Translations under genes and position numbers: made by a program | Shown: in pieces, positions 41,410 through 52,334 of the stretch | How the letters are laid out: the number at the start of each line of letters is the position of its first letter | Position numbering within the stretch: the stretch's first letter is position 1 | Assembly (NCBI GenBank): GCA_965208905.1 | Contig: OZ242365.1 | Span: forward strand, 448,001-512,000 | Direction of reading: 5' to 3' | DNA from: Nitrosopumilaceae archaeon | GTDB taxonomy: Archaea > Thermoproteota > Nitrososphaeria > Nitrososphaerales > Nitrosopumilaceae | DNA length: 64,000 nt | Notes under the pieces: generated by a model | The model's input: only the letters and a program-made list of their open reading frames with translations | Database searches by the model: none | What the model was told of the DNA's origin: nothing

Positions 41410-41580
41410 GGTTCTGGGAAATCAACGGGACATGACATGTAGTGGGAAATTAGGGACATAAAAAATGAGGGATTAAGATGTTGATTCTGCGGCTGCTCGA
41501 ATGAGGGTTAGGTACTTGCTATTGCCCTCGATAGTGATACCTGCGGCTTCCATGTCATGTCCCGTTGATTTCCCAGAACC
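41410..41580 (+). mobile_element. MITE copy 4
   Basis: Same sequence as copy 1; flanks atatctcc | taacgaac. Confidence 0.95.
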
Positions 41581-41643
41581 TAACGAACATAATTTTCATA
41601 TAAAACAGAATACTATTCAATACAAAAAATTTTTAGGTGTCTA

Positions 41644-43929
41644 TTGGATAGTAATCAAATGCAAGTAGTTTGGATGCTACCCTTCATTGCGCTGTCTATC
41701 TTTGCTGTGAGTATAACCATGAATCCTGTGGCGTTTGCCGATGATACAGTTACCGAGGTTACCACTGCCCAGGGAGCTTCGGTAGTTGGCTGCGATGCCA
41801 CCAATACATGCTTTATGCCACATACAGTTACCATAAACATGGGGGACACTGTCAAATGGCCTAACAATGACACAACCATACACACTGCTGTCAGTGGGGT
41901 GCTGACCGAAGGCGGGCCGGATGGACGATTCCACAGTGGAGAGATAAGATCAAATCAAAGTTTCTCGTATACCTTTGAAGAAGCAGGAGAGTATCCATAC
42001 TACTGTGTCTTGCACACCTGGATGTCCGGACTTGTTATTGTCCAAGAAGCTGCAGGGGACGGTGGGGGGATTGAGCCGCATACGAAAAATGGGGATACAG
42101 TTATGCCTGCAGATGAGAGTTTGCAAGCGCAGATAGACGAGCTGACAGCTAAAATTGAAGAGCTAAAGGCGCAGATGCAGGAGGCAGATGACAGTATACA
42201 GTATGATGATGACCGCTTTGTCACCATATGGCAGACACAATCCCCTGGCGAGTCAATCACCATACCCGTAGGAGGGGCAACTGGCCAGTATACAGTAGAT
42301 TGGGGAGATGGTAGCATTACCACGCATGCAGAAGACGCCACTCATGTATATGGAACTCCTGGAAATCACACTGTGCAGATATATGGTAACTTTACCAGAA
42401 TACATTTGGGGGAAGATCACATTAGCGCTTCCAAGATACTCTCCATAGAGCAGTGGGGCACTACAAAGTGGGCCACAATGGAGTCGGCGTTTAAGGGCGC
42501 AGTTAGGATGGGATACAATGCAGAAGACGCACCTGACCTCTCGGAAGTCACAGATACATCCTCCATGTTCTCCAGTGCTTTTGCATTCAATGGGGATATT
42601 TCATCCTGGGATGTTTCATCTGTGACGGACATGTCATCTATGTTCCGCTTTGCCGTCGTGTTCAACCAGCCTCTGAATTCATGGGATGTGTCGTCGGTGA
42701 CGGACATGAACAACATGTTTACGGGCGCTGCCTCGTTCAACCAGCCTCTGAATTCATGGGATGTTTCATCTGTAAAAGATATGTCGTTCATGTTCTTTCG
42801 CGCCACATTCTTCAACGGTGATGTTTCAACCTGGGATACATCTTCTGTGACAGATATGGCATATACGTTTACTTATGCCTCCACATTCAACCAGCCTCTG
42901 GATTCATGGGATGTTTCATCTGTAAACGACATGTTCATTATGTTCAGTGGAGCATCGTCGTTCAACCAGCCTCTGAATTCATGGGATGTGTCGTCTGTGA
43001 CAAGTATGGAGCGCATGTTCAGCCATGCACACGCTTTCAACCAACCGCTCGATAACTGGGATGTCTCATCGGTGACAAGTATGGGGCGCATGTTTGGTGA
43101 TGCGCCCTCGTTCAACCAGCCTCTGAATTCCTGGGACACCTCGTCGGTGAGGGATATGGAGCGCATGTTCAATGGTGCTTCCTCGTTCAACCAACCCATT
43201 GATTCATGGGATGTGTCGTCGGTGACAGATATGGCGCGCATGTTCCATAACGCCGCCTCGTTCAACCAACCCATTGATTCATGGGATGTGTCGTCGGTGA
43301 CAGATATGGAGCGCATGTTCTTGTTTGCTGCAGCTTTCAATCAGCCTTTGGATTCATGGGATGTGTCGTCGGTGACAGATATGGAGCATATGTTTGCGCA
43401 TACAAATATCTTCAACCAACCTCTTAACTCTTGGGACACCTCGTCGGTGAGGGATATGAACAATATGTTTGCACTGGCATTATTCTTTAACCAACCTCTT
43501 GATTCCTGGGATGTGTCGTCGGTGAGGGATATGAACAATATGTTTGCGCATGCTTCCTTCTTCAACCAACCTCTTGATTCCTGGGATGTGTCGTCGGTGA
43601 GGGATATGTCGTATATGTTCCTCAGCGCCGATGCCTTCAACCAGCCTCTGAATTCATGGGATGTGTCGTCGGTGAGGGATATGGCATCCATGTTCTGGTT
43701 TGCCCACGCATTCAACCAACCTCTTGATTCCTGGGATGTGTCGTCGGTGACAGATATGGAGCGCATGTTTAATCATGCCTCCTCGTTCAACCAGCCTCTG
43801 GACTCATGGGATGTATCATCTGTGACCAACATGGAACGAATGTTCGACTTTGCTCATGCTTTTAACCAAGACCTGAGCAGTTGGTATACCACATCTAATG
43901 GTGATGAGTCCGGTAGCGACGACACGTAG
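41644..43929 (+). CDS. Secreted cupredoxin + PKD-like + DUF285/BspA-type 25-aa repeat surface protein
   Basis: Type-1 Cu ligands H...YYCVLHTWM; YTVDWGDG; about 18 [16 protein letters not shown] repeats (75-bp period). Confidence 0.85.
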   Translation: MDSNQMQVVWMLPFIALSIFAVSITMNPVAFADDTVTEVTTAQGASVVGCDATNTCFMPHTVTINMGDTVKWPNNDTTIHTAVSGVLTEGGPDGRFHSGEIRSNQSFSYTFEEAGEYPYYCVLHTWMSGLVIVQEAAGDGGGIEPHTKNGDTVMPADESLQAQIDELTAKIEELKAQMQEADDSIQYDDDRFVTIWQTQSPGESITIPVGGATGQYTVDWGDGSITTHAEDATHVYGTPGNHTVQIYGNFTRIHLGEDHISASKILSIEQWGTTKWATMESAFKGAVRMGYNAEDAPDLSEVTDTSSMFSSAFAFNGDISSWDVSSVTDMSSMFRFAVVFNQPLNSWDVSSVTDMNNMFTGAASFNQPLNSWDVSSVKDMSFMFFRATFFNGDVSTWDTSSVTDMAYTFTYASTFNQPLDSWDVSSVNDMFIMFSGASSFNQPLNSWDVSSVTSMERMFSHAHAFNQPLDNWDVSSVTSMGRMFGDAPSFNQPLNSWDTSSVRDMERMFNGASSFNQPIDSWDVSSVTDMARMFHNAASFNQPIDSWDVSSVTDMERMFLFAAAFNQPLDSWDVSSVTDMEHMFAHTNIFNQPLNSWDTSSVRDMNNMFALALFFNQPLDSWDVSSVRDMNNMFAHASFFNQPLDSWDVSSVRDMSYMFLSADAFNQPLNSWDVSSVRDMASMFWFAHAFNQPLDSWDVSSVTDMERMFNHASSFNQPLDSWDVSSVTNMERMFDFAHAFNQDLSSWYTTSNGDESGSDDT

Positions 43930-43989
43930 ATGCACATTATGACTCAATATAGTGAGAATGTAACTGTCTGGTCCCAATGTGACCTTGTG

Positions 43990-44835
43990 TTCCAGCACTA
44001 CCATCATCGCCAGTTATGCTATTGATGATATCGATTATTGCAGTTGTCTGTTCAGCAACCACCGATGGGGCTCCCTGTTGATTATACGCCGCATTAAGGG
44101 ACTTGTAGTGGCGGCTTAGATCATTGGAATCTTCTATATCCGACTTTATCTCATCAAATATCTCCCGAGACCGAATGACAAAGGCAGTGCCATCTTGTAG
44201 TTCGGCAAGATTAGTCAAGGAGCCGCCCTCAAAGGCCACACCATACTCCACTATGGATGTCTCAAGGAGTGACTTTATCAAGAGTAGTTTGAAGTTTGGA
44301 TCATTACTAAGAGTATCGCCGACCACCAAAGTACGCGCCTCCTCGACTAGCTCTATTGCATCATCAATCGCGGCCTGAGCTTGTGCTTTGGACACAGTAA
44401 CGGTTGCTTCATCTTTGAGATCACTGAGTGTATTAAAGAATCATTGATCAAATGCAGGGTCTGCGGCCTGCAGTTGGGGCTTCATGACATCATACAACTC
44501 GGCTATCGGGTGGGTTGCGTGAGTTACTGCCAGCTCGGCGTTATTCTCGTCTAGATTGAGCTCCAATGCCCAAAAGTGTCCGAGTGCCTCTTCAAGTCCA
44601 GCAGCAAAGGCCAAGTTTTCTTGAGTTATACCTCCTGTTATGATATCAATTCTGTCAATAAATCCATTTGTGAGATCTGCAACCGTAGCTGGTGAGACTG
44701 TGTTGGCGCATGCTGGCCAAAGACTTGCATAGATGCTTTCAATGTTGCTAGCATCACCGTCGCTAATCTCTGAGCTTATCTCGTTGAATATCTGTTGCGA
44801 CCTCCAGACAAAGGCAGAACCATCTTGGTCAGTCT
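43990..44835 (-). pseudogene. Frameshifted, truncated helical secreted protein
   Basis: Protein-like fragments in different frames (LEEALGHFWALELNLDENN...THATHPIAELY; LQDGTAFVIRSREIF). Confidence 0.55.
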
Positions 44836-45324
44836 CATCTTCAAGTCAAGTCATTACTTTGTGTTTGGCGCGCACATTATAGAAAAACGGTTGCTGGTTA
44901 AGAGGAAGAAGCACAAAATTGTGGTACTTGATATGTTCGGCAGATCAAAGGTCTCATTGGATCATGGGGAGGTCCTTTGTGTGAACAAGACAACTGTTAC
45001 TGACACTCTAGATGGGTTCTTTAACTCGAAGCATTTTGGCATAATGTCCGAGTTTCCGGTAGCGGTGATGATGGCCGCATAGGCGCCCGGTCGGTGGACG
45101 CTGAGACTATGCTTATCTGGGTACCGTCGTTTATGGCAAACCGGTGCGAGTCGCCGTCGAACTTTATCAGATAGGCGAGGTTCTGTCCGTCCAAGAAGGC
45201 GTTCCGGGCGGACATGACTTGAATTGATGCAGATACGCAGCGGAGTGGAAAACCCCCAACGACTCACCGCAAGGAGGAGTCAATCCAAATTCTAATAGGT
45301 GGGAACATACCAACTGTTAGCTAC

Positions 45325-48183
45325 TTGCCCACAGACAGAGTTACTTTTCAGGTCCCACAGAAGAACCCACATGATAAAAGACTTTTACCTAATCAGTACG
45401 GGATACTGACATTGGGCTCTGTGCTCATGCTTGTGGCGGCCCTAGTCTTGATGGTGTCTATTGCAAGCCAAGCATATGCCCAATCAGACGAAAAATTGGT
45501 CAGGTTGGAGACAAGCCAGGGTGAGATAATCATAGAGCTCTTCGTACAAGACGCTCCCAATCACGTGGACAACTTTGTGTATTTGGTCGAGTCTGGGTTT
45601 TATGACGGAACAGTCTTTCACAGGGTGATCAACAATTTTTTGATCCAGGGAGGGGATCCGAATACAATTAGTGGCGATACTACAACTTGGGGAACAGGTG
45701 GCAGTGCAGAGACGATAGAATCCGAGTTTAACGACATCCGGCACCACCGCGGTATAGTTTCCATGACAAGGGCTGGCGACCCGAACAGCGCCAGTTCCCA
45801 GTTCTTTATAGTCCTGAAGGACGCAAACTTCCTCAACGGGCAGTATACGGTCTTTGGGAGGGTTGCTACCGAGGGAAGTTTCCAGACCTTAGAGGGCATA
45901 GCCACCACTCCGATAGGCGCCGAGGCCATACCGCTGGATCCGGAGCAGGCCAGAATCATAAGCGCTTCGGTCGTAAGCCGCTCTGAGGTGTCCGGTTTAC
46001 TTGATCTGCCTGAGCCCGAACGCACCCACTCGGTCATGGGCCCGCTCACTGATCGCCAGATACTTGAGAGCATCCCGTATGGTCTGGACTTTGATGCCAC
46101 CTCCCCCCAGTACCCAGGCTTGGGCGTGAAGGTGGAGGTTGTGGCAGAGAATCTAATCGTTCCTTGGAGCATCGACTGGACGCCGGACGGAACGGTGCTA
46201 TTCACTGAGAGGGGCGGCAACCTGCGGTACATCCAGAACGGAGTACTGGTACCAGAACCGTTACTGACCATCTCTGCCAATACCGTTGAGGGCGGACTGC
46301 TGGGGATCGCCGTGGATCCCAACTTCCAAGACAACAACTACATCTACCTCTACTACACATATGACAAGCCTGACTCTAACACCAACGCCAACAAGATCGT
46401 TCGCTACACGTTCATTGATGAGAATGTTGTCGAGAGTTTGGTGCTGATAGAAGATATTCCCGGGGGAGCCTTCCATGATGGAGGCCGCATACAGTTTGGG
46501 CCAGATGGCAAGCTCTACATAGCCACTGGAGATGGGGGCCATCCTGACTTGGCGCAGGATATAGACTCGCTGGCCGGAAAGATCCTCCGAATCAACCCGG
46601 ACGGGACGATTCCTGAGGACAACCCATTTGAGGGCTCACCGGTCTGGTCGCTGGGGCACAGGAATCCGCAGGGGATGGACTGGGACGAGTCAGGTAACTT
46701 AGTCATAACCGAGCATGGTCCCTCCGGATGGAAGGGGGTAGCTCACGACGAACTTAACCTGATAACCCCGGGTGCCAACTATGGCTGGCCGACCATCATC
46801 GGAGATGAGGCGGCTGCGGGCATGCAAACAGCCATCTTCAACACCGGCAATGACACTTGGGCGCCGTCGGGAGCCGAATTCTATGAGGGGGACAAGATAC
46901 CCCAGTGGACTGGCAAGTACTTTGTCGCCACCCTCCGGGGAAGCCACCTACATATGATCGACTTTGACCTGCAAGAGAATACCGTGGTCTCTCACTCAAG
47001 GCTCTTTCAGGACGAGTTCGGGCGGCTGCGGGATGTGCAGACAGGGCCGGACGGATACTTGTATCTCCTCACCAGCAACCGTGACGGCAGGGGAACTGCA
47101 AGCCCCACCGACGACAGGATTCTCAGGATAGTTCCGCTCTCAGAGTCGGATGTGTCCGGGGATATCTTTGAGGGCGGCATTGCCTCTTACGAGAGGACTA
47201 TAGTCGTGGACGGTACTGAATACTACATCGGGTACGAGATGACAGGAGGCGAATTGTTAGGGATAGTACCAGATGCCGATGCCAAGTCACTGATTGTCAG
47301 TGTTGATGCAACCTCCCATGGCTCGCTTACCTTGGCCATACCCAGAACGGTGGCCGATTCCAAGGTAGCAAGCGAGTACGGCGACTACCGTGTACCAGAA
47401 GGAATGCTGCAGTTTGGCCGCGACAGCGCCAGCCTCCTCAATGACCTTGACTATGTCATATTGGTGGACGACGAGATAGCCGACTTTGAGGAGACTGTAT
47501 CAGCAACGACGCGGACACTAACCATAGAGTTCTCTCCGAAGACAAAAGTCATCGAAATAGTTGGTACCTTCGTGCAGGCACCAGCTGACATCCTTGATGG
47601 TGAGAGTAGTCCTAGCGATACTGTCTCACTAATAATAGGCGGCGTGGATCTGAGTCAAGCATCGCCACGGCTTGGTAGCGCCGATGCATCCGTTACTATA
47701 ATCGAGTTTGGCGACTACCAATGTCCCAGATGCAAATCGTGGTTTGACAGCACAAAGCCTCAGATAGACTCCAACTATATCGACACCGGGATGGTCAACC
47801 TATACTATGTGGATGTCAAGTACATCGGAGGCGATTCTCATACTGCATCAATAGCTACCTATTGCGCCCAGGATCAGGGCAGGTACTGGGAGTACCACGA
47901 CATCCTATTCGAAAATCAAAGAGGCGTTCACAGTGGTTGGGCCAGTGCCAGCAACCTAGTAGGATTCGCTGAGGATATCGGCCTTGATACTACTGTGTTT
48001 GAGTCATGCCTACAGTCCAGTGAGCAGAGGGAACGGTTAGACTTCAATGCGGAACAGGGAACGGCACACGGAGTACGCGGCACCCCACACTTCATCATAG
48101 TAGGTCCAGAAGACTCGGTTCACATAAGAGGACCTCAGCCGTATAGCTCGTTTGATGCCACTATTCAAGAACTTTTGAACTGA
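45325..48183 (+). CDS. Secreted fusion: cyclophilin PPIase + PQQ glucose/sorbosone dehydrogenase + Ig-like domain + DsbA-like thioredoxin
   Basis: FYDGTVFHRVI..F.IQGGDP; HDGGRIQFGPDGKLY, GHRNPQG; EFGDYQCPRC...GTPHF. Confidence 0.85.
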   Translation: MPTDRVTFQVPQKNPHDKRLLPNQYGILTLGSVLMLVAALVLMVSIASQAYAQSDEKLVRLETSQGEIIIELFVQDAPNHVDNFVYLVESGFYDGTVFHRVINNFLIQGGDPNTISGDTTTWGTGGSAETIESEFNDIRHHRGIVSMTRAGDPNSASSQFFIVLKDANFLNGQYTVFGRVATEGSFQTLEGIATTPIGAEAIPLDPEQARIISASVVSRSEVSGLLDLPEPERTHSVMGPLTDRQILESIPYGLDFDATSPQYPGLGVKVEVVAENLIVPWSIDWTPDGTVLFTERGGNLRYIQNGVLVPEPLLTISANTVEGGLLGIAVDPNFQDNNYIYLYYTYDKPDSNTNANKIVRYTFIDENVVESLVLIEDIPGGAFHDGGRIQFGPDGKLYIATGDGGHPDLAQDIDSLAGKILRINPDGTIPEDNPFEGSPVWSLGHRNPQGMDWDESGNLVITEHGPSGWKGVAHDELNLITPGANYGWPTIIGDEAAAGMQTAIFNTGNDTWAPSGAEFYEGDKIPQWTGKYFVATLRGSHLHMIDFDLQENTVVSHSRLFQDEFGRLRDVQTGPDGYLYLLTSNRDGRGTASPTDDRILRIVPLSESDVSGDIFEGGIASYERTIVVDGTEYYIGYEMTGGELLGIVPDADAKSLIVSVDATSHGSLTLAIPRTVADSKVASEYGDYRVPEGMLQFGRDSASLLNDLDYVILVDDEIADFEETVSATTRTLTIEFSPKTKVIEIVGTFVQAPADILDGESSPSDTVSLIIGGVDLSQASPRLGSADASVTIIEFGDYQCPRCKSWFDSTKPQIDSNYIDTGMVNLYYVDVKYIGGDSHTASIATYCAQDQGRYWEYHDILFENQRGVHSGWASASNLVGFAEDIGLDTTVFESCLQSSEQRERLDFNAEQGTAHGVRGTPHFIIVGPEDSVHIRGPQPYSSFDATIQELLN

Positions 48184-48487
48184 ACCGGATAGTCTACAGG
48201 CTCAAAGATATCTGTCGATACCAGATAATGCACCGAACAGGTAGATTCTTGTGATGGTATGTAATAGTTCGGCCACTAACATGAAGCACCTGACAGGCAG
48301 TGGCAGACTGTTGGTTCTGCGTGTCTTGCCCAGGATGGGGTGACGCACACTTCTTCCCGGTGATGGGAAGGTGCGGCAGATCTGCTTCGGGTATGTGACC
48401 ACAAATCCGCATACGGTAAAGATTAGCAATAATCTCTGATCAAACCAACGTGTCTATAGATAGGTCCCAATAAAGTTGATTGTTAGA

Positions 48488-48561
48488 CGGGTCTAGAGGG
48501 ATTCGAACCCTCGACAGCCGGATTAAAAGTCCGGTGCGCTACCTGGCTGCGCTATAGACCC
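48488..48561 (-). tRNA. tRNA-Lys(UUU)
   Basis: GGGTCTA/TAGACCC acceptor stem, anticodon arm CCGGA-CTTTTAA-TCCGG, GGTTCGAATCC T-loop; no CCA, no intron. Confidence 0.96.
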
Positions 48562-48865
48562 TACCAAAAAAATGTATTGTGCGCAATTTAGTCTTTTAGA
48601 GAGGAGTATGACAATCGTTCAATATTTCCACAGTATGACATTGTCAGAGTGTATTTACCTATCCAAGGTGTATATGCCGTATATTACATAATTTGCACTG
48701 CCAAAGTAGAAGCCGATGGTTCCAAAGACAAGGACAACCTTCAGGACTAAAGGCCAGGTTAAAGTAGTATTATCTTTGGAGAGAACAACAACACGAAAAT
48801 AAAAGATTTGGTTCACTGGATAATTTTTCACAAAGATATAAAAATCGTGTATACTTATTTGACTC

Positions 48866-51052
48866 ATGGCAGGGCAGTCGCTGAATCTAAAGGTATTGGA
48901 GGCATACACACGAGATGTAGGAAGGGGAGTAGCCCGTATAGACTATGACTCCATGGATACGCTGAATGCGTCCACCGGAGATGTTATTGAGATTAAAGGA
49001 AAACGCAGAACGGTAGCCAAATGTCTTCCGTTATACCCATCAGATGAGGGTAAGGGTATAATACGTATTGATGGTTTGGGTAGAAACAACTCTGGAATAG
49101 CCATAGGTGATACCATATCGGTACGCAAGATAAAGGCAGTTCCCGCAGAAAAGGTAGCCGTAGCTCCTCTAGAGGCAATACCACCAATTGATGAGAGGTA
49201 TCTGGCCGATGCACTGGAGAGTGTTCCTCTTATAAAGGGAGACAATGTTATGGTGCCCTACTTTGGAGGCAGGCTAACATTTCAGGTTATTGGAGTAACG
49301 CCTGGATCAGATGCAGTCTTGGTGATGCAAAAGACAGTATTTCATATAGCTGAAAAGGGTGAGACGCTTCGTGGCGTGCCACAAGTAACATATGAGGATA
49401 TTGGTGGGCTGACTGATGAGATTAAAAAGGTTCGGGAGATGATCGAACTACCACTAAGACATCCTGAGATATTTGAAAAGTTAGGGATAGAGGCTCCCAA
49501 GGGCGTGCTGCTGTACGGCCCGCCAGGAACTGGTAAGACGCTACTAGCAAAGGCTGTAGCCAACGAGTCTAACGCTCACTTTATATCAATATCTGGTCCA
49601 GAGATAATGTCAAAGTTTTACGGCGAATCCGAAGCCCGACTGCGAGAGATATTCAAGGAGGCTAGAGAGAAGGCGCCCTCCATAATATTTATAGATGAGA
49701 TTGACTCTATAGCACCAAAACGTGAAGAGGTCACCGGTGAGGTAGAGAGACGTGTAGTATCTCAGATGCTCTCGTTGATGGATGGGCTTGAAGCTCGGGG
49801 CAAAGTTATAGTGATATCTGCCACCAACCGACCCAATGCCATAGATCCGGCCTTGAGACGTCCAGGACGATTCGACCGCGAGATCGAGATTCGAGTGCCT
49901 GATAAGAAGGGGCGCAAGGATATACTATCAATCCATACACGCAACATGCCTCTACTCTTGGACAAAGAGAGTAATGAGTTTGTGCAGCTGGACAGGGTGG
50001 CGGCGGTCAGTCACGGATATGTGGGTGCTGACTTAGAGTATCTCTGTAAAGAGGCTGCCATGAAATGCCTAAGGAGGCTTCTGCCAGAACTAAACTTGGA
50101 AGATGAAAAGATACCCAGCGAAACACTAGACAAACTTGTTGTTAACAACTCGGACTTTCAAAAGGCCCTAATTGAGGTGACCGCTTCGGGAATGCGGGAG
50201 GTATTCATTGAGAATCCTGATGTCAAATGGGACGATGTGGGCGGCCTGACCGATGTCAAGCGTGAACTACAAGAGGCAGTAGAGTGGCCCATGAAGCATC
50301 CTGGATTATACGATAAGTTAGGCCACCGTATGCCAAAAGGAATTCTATTACACGGTCCTAGTGGTACTGGCAAGACACTATTGGCAAAGGCAGTGGCTAC
50401 CGAGAGTGAGGCCAACTTTGTCTCAGTGCGCGGTCCAGAGTTGCTATCAAAATGGGTTGGTGAATCCGAGAGGGGTATTCGTGAGATATTTCGTCGTGCC
50501 CGACAAGGCTCCCCCTGTGTCATATTCTTTGATGAGATTGACTCGATAGCTCCTGTGCGCGGAGCCGGTGGTGAGACGGCAGTGACCGAGAGGGTGGTGA
50601 GTCAACTACTTACTGAACTAGACGGTATGGAGAATATGCATGGTGTTATTGTTTTGGCGGCCACCAACAGAGCAGACATAATAGATACCGCACTGTTGCG
50701 ACCCGGCAGATTTGATAAAATAATACAGATACCACTACCTGACAAGGATAGCCGGCGAAGCATCATAGAGATTCACTCCAAAGATATTGCAGCTGCCGAT
50801 GATGTCGATTTTGAAAAGTTATCAGAGATAACCGATGGCATGAGTGGGGCCGATACCGCCTCCATAGCCAACACTGCCGTATCATTAGTCATACATGAAT
50901 TCTTAGATGAGGACGTTGATGTCAAGGAGATTGAAAAGCGCTCTGCCGGTGCAAAAGTTACAATGAGTCACTTTGAAGAAGCAGTAAGAAAAGTTCGTGA
51001 ACAGAAAGACCTGAAACTACAAGAGACATTGGTGGCTCCATACTACCGTTAA
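48866..51052 (+). CDS. cdc48: CDC48/VAT AAA+ ATPase
   Basis: Two AAA modules ([16 protein letters not shown]), RPGRFD arginine fingers, C-terminal YYR. Confidence 0.96.
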   Translation: MAGQSLNLKVLEAYTRDVGRGVARIDYDSMDTLNASTGDVIEIKGKRRTVAKCLPLYPSDEGKGIIRIDGLGRNNSGIAIGDTISVRKIKAVPAEKVAVAPLEAIPPIDERYLADALESVPLIKGDNVMVPYFGGRLTFQVIGVTPGSDAVLVMQKTVFHIAEKGETLRGVPQVTYEDIGGLTDEIKKVREMIELPLRHPEIFEKLGIEAPKGVLLYGPPGTGKTLLAKAVANESNAHFISISGPEIMSKFYGESEARLREIFKEAREKAPSIIFIDEIDSIAPKREEVTGEVERRVVSQMLSLMDGLEARGKVIVISATNRPNAIDPALRRPGRFDREIEIRVPDKKGRKDILSIHTRNMPLLLDKESNEFVQLDRVAAVSHGYVGADLEYLCKEAAMKCLRRLLPELNLEDEKIPSETLDKLVVNNSDFQKALIEVTASGMREVFIENPDVKWDDVGGLTDVKRELQEAVEWPMKHPGLYDKLGHRMPKGILLHGPSGTGKTLLAKAVATESEANFVSVRGPELLSKWVGESERGIREIFRRARQGSPCVIFFDEIDSIAPVRGAGGETAVTERVVSQLLTELDGMENMHGVIVLAATNRADIIDTALLRPGRFDKIIQIPLPDKDSRRSIIEIHSKDIAAADDVDFEKLSEITDGMSGADTASIANTAVSLVIHEFLDEDVDVKEIEKRSAGAKVTMSHFEEAVRKVREQKDLKLQETLVAPYYR

Positions 51053-51056
51053 CACC

Positions 51057-52334
51057 ATGTCATCCCGATTACTGGGATATCGTGGTCGAGCAGCAGAACT
51101 ATTACAAAAGTTCAATATATCTGTGGGCGACTACATAACCATAAAGTCTGATGCATCCCATATCGGAGTACTTATGCCCCGGTATCACTACTCGGATGAT
51201 ACACACATCATACTAAAGCTAGACAGTGGGTATAACGTGGGTATATCCATACAAAATGTTGATACTATAACACAGCATGACACGCCAAGCTTGCCAAAAG
51301 ATGACACAACATGCCCAAAGGCAGATGCCAGCCTGCCCAACATACTACTACTCTCTACAGGTGGCACGATTGCTAGCCGTATAGACTACAGAACAGGTGC
51401 AGTAACCCCCACACTAGATGCAGCAGACCTGAGTCAGTCAGTTCCCGAACTATACCGTATGGCAAACATACACCCCCAAGAGATACTATCCGAATACTCT
51501 GAGAACATAACTCCCGAAGACTGGTTGAAGGTGGCCATTCACATACACAATACAGGCGCCAAATACGATGGTGTCGTGGTGGCCCATGGTACAGATACAA
51601 TGCATTACACATCAGCCTTTCTCTCCTTTGCGTTGGCGGGATTTCCCGCCCCCATAATACTGACCGGCTCGCAACGGTCATCAGATAGAGCATCCTCGGA
51701 CGCAACACTAAACCTGATGGGAGCAGTCTCGGCGATACATAACAAAATACCCCGGGGAGTATACATTGCAATGCACAGTGGCACCAGTGATGATATAATA
51801 TCAGTACATGCAGGAACGCGTGTCAGAAAGCATCATACCAGCTCCCGGGGGGCATTCCGTACTATTGGTGGTGCGCCATTATACAGTGTACAGGAGAATC
51901 AAATATACGGAGATACACAGCACGACTATTACCATGATGTCTCGTATACGCCTAGAATAAACATCAGCAGGGATGTAGCTCTGATAAAGTATCATCCTGG
52001 ATTTGATGTATCCATACTGGAGAATTTAATCAGTTCATCATGTCGCGCTGTAATATTTGAGGGTACCGGTTTGGGGCATGTGGGCAGAGAGGCATATGAT
52101 ATAATAAAAAAGATGCGCCAGAGTAACATGTTTGTGGGAATGACATCTCAGTGTATAGATGGTCGTGTGGGCATGACCGTATATGAGAGTGGGCGAGACC
52201 TGTTGCAGTTGGGCATCACACCATTATACGATATGCTCGCAGAGACGGCTTTAGTAAAGATGATGTGGGTGTTAGGAAATGAGTTATCTTGGGATATAAT
52301 GAGTAGGCCGATAGCCTCGGAGATGAAGATATAA
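51057..52334 (+). CDS. gatD: Glu-tRNA(Gln) amidotransferase subunit D
   Basis: KLDSGYNVG, STGGTIASRIDYRTG, HGTDT, GSQRSSDR. Confidence 0.94.
   Translation: MSSRLLGYRGRAAELLQKFNISVGDYITIKSDASHIGVLMPRYHYSDDTHIILKLDSGYNVGISIQNVDTITQHDTPSLPKDDTTCPKADASLPNILLLSTGGTIASRIDYRTGAVTPTLDAADLSQSVPELYRMANIHPQEILSEYSENITPEDWLKVAIHIHNTGAKYDGVVVAHGTDTMHYTSAFLSFALAGFPAPIILTGSQRSSDRASSDATLNLMGAVSAIHNKIPRGVYIAMHSGTSDDIISVHAGTRVRKHHTSSRGAFRTIGGAPLYSVQENQIYGDTQHDYYHDVSYTPRINISRDVALIKYHPGFDVSILENLISSSCRAVIFEGTGLGHVGREAYDIIKKMRQSNMFVGMTSQCIDGRVGMTVYESGRDLLQLGITPLYDMLAETALVKMMWVLGNELSWDIMSRPIASEMKI

Noticed and set aside
22002-41580. 171-bp repeats as a CRISPR array, integron attC sites or shufflon sites
   Set aside because: They have 30-bp TIRs and 8-bp target duplications, interrupt genes and are irregularly spaced; no cas gene, integrase or invertase is present.
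48488-48561. tRNA-Lys as attB for the 22-41 kb element
   Set aside because: No att duplication or integrase was found; the element's ends are fully explained by the MITE target duplications about 7 kb away.
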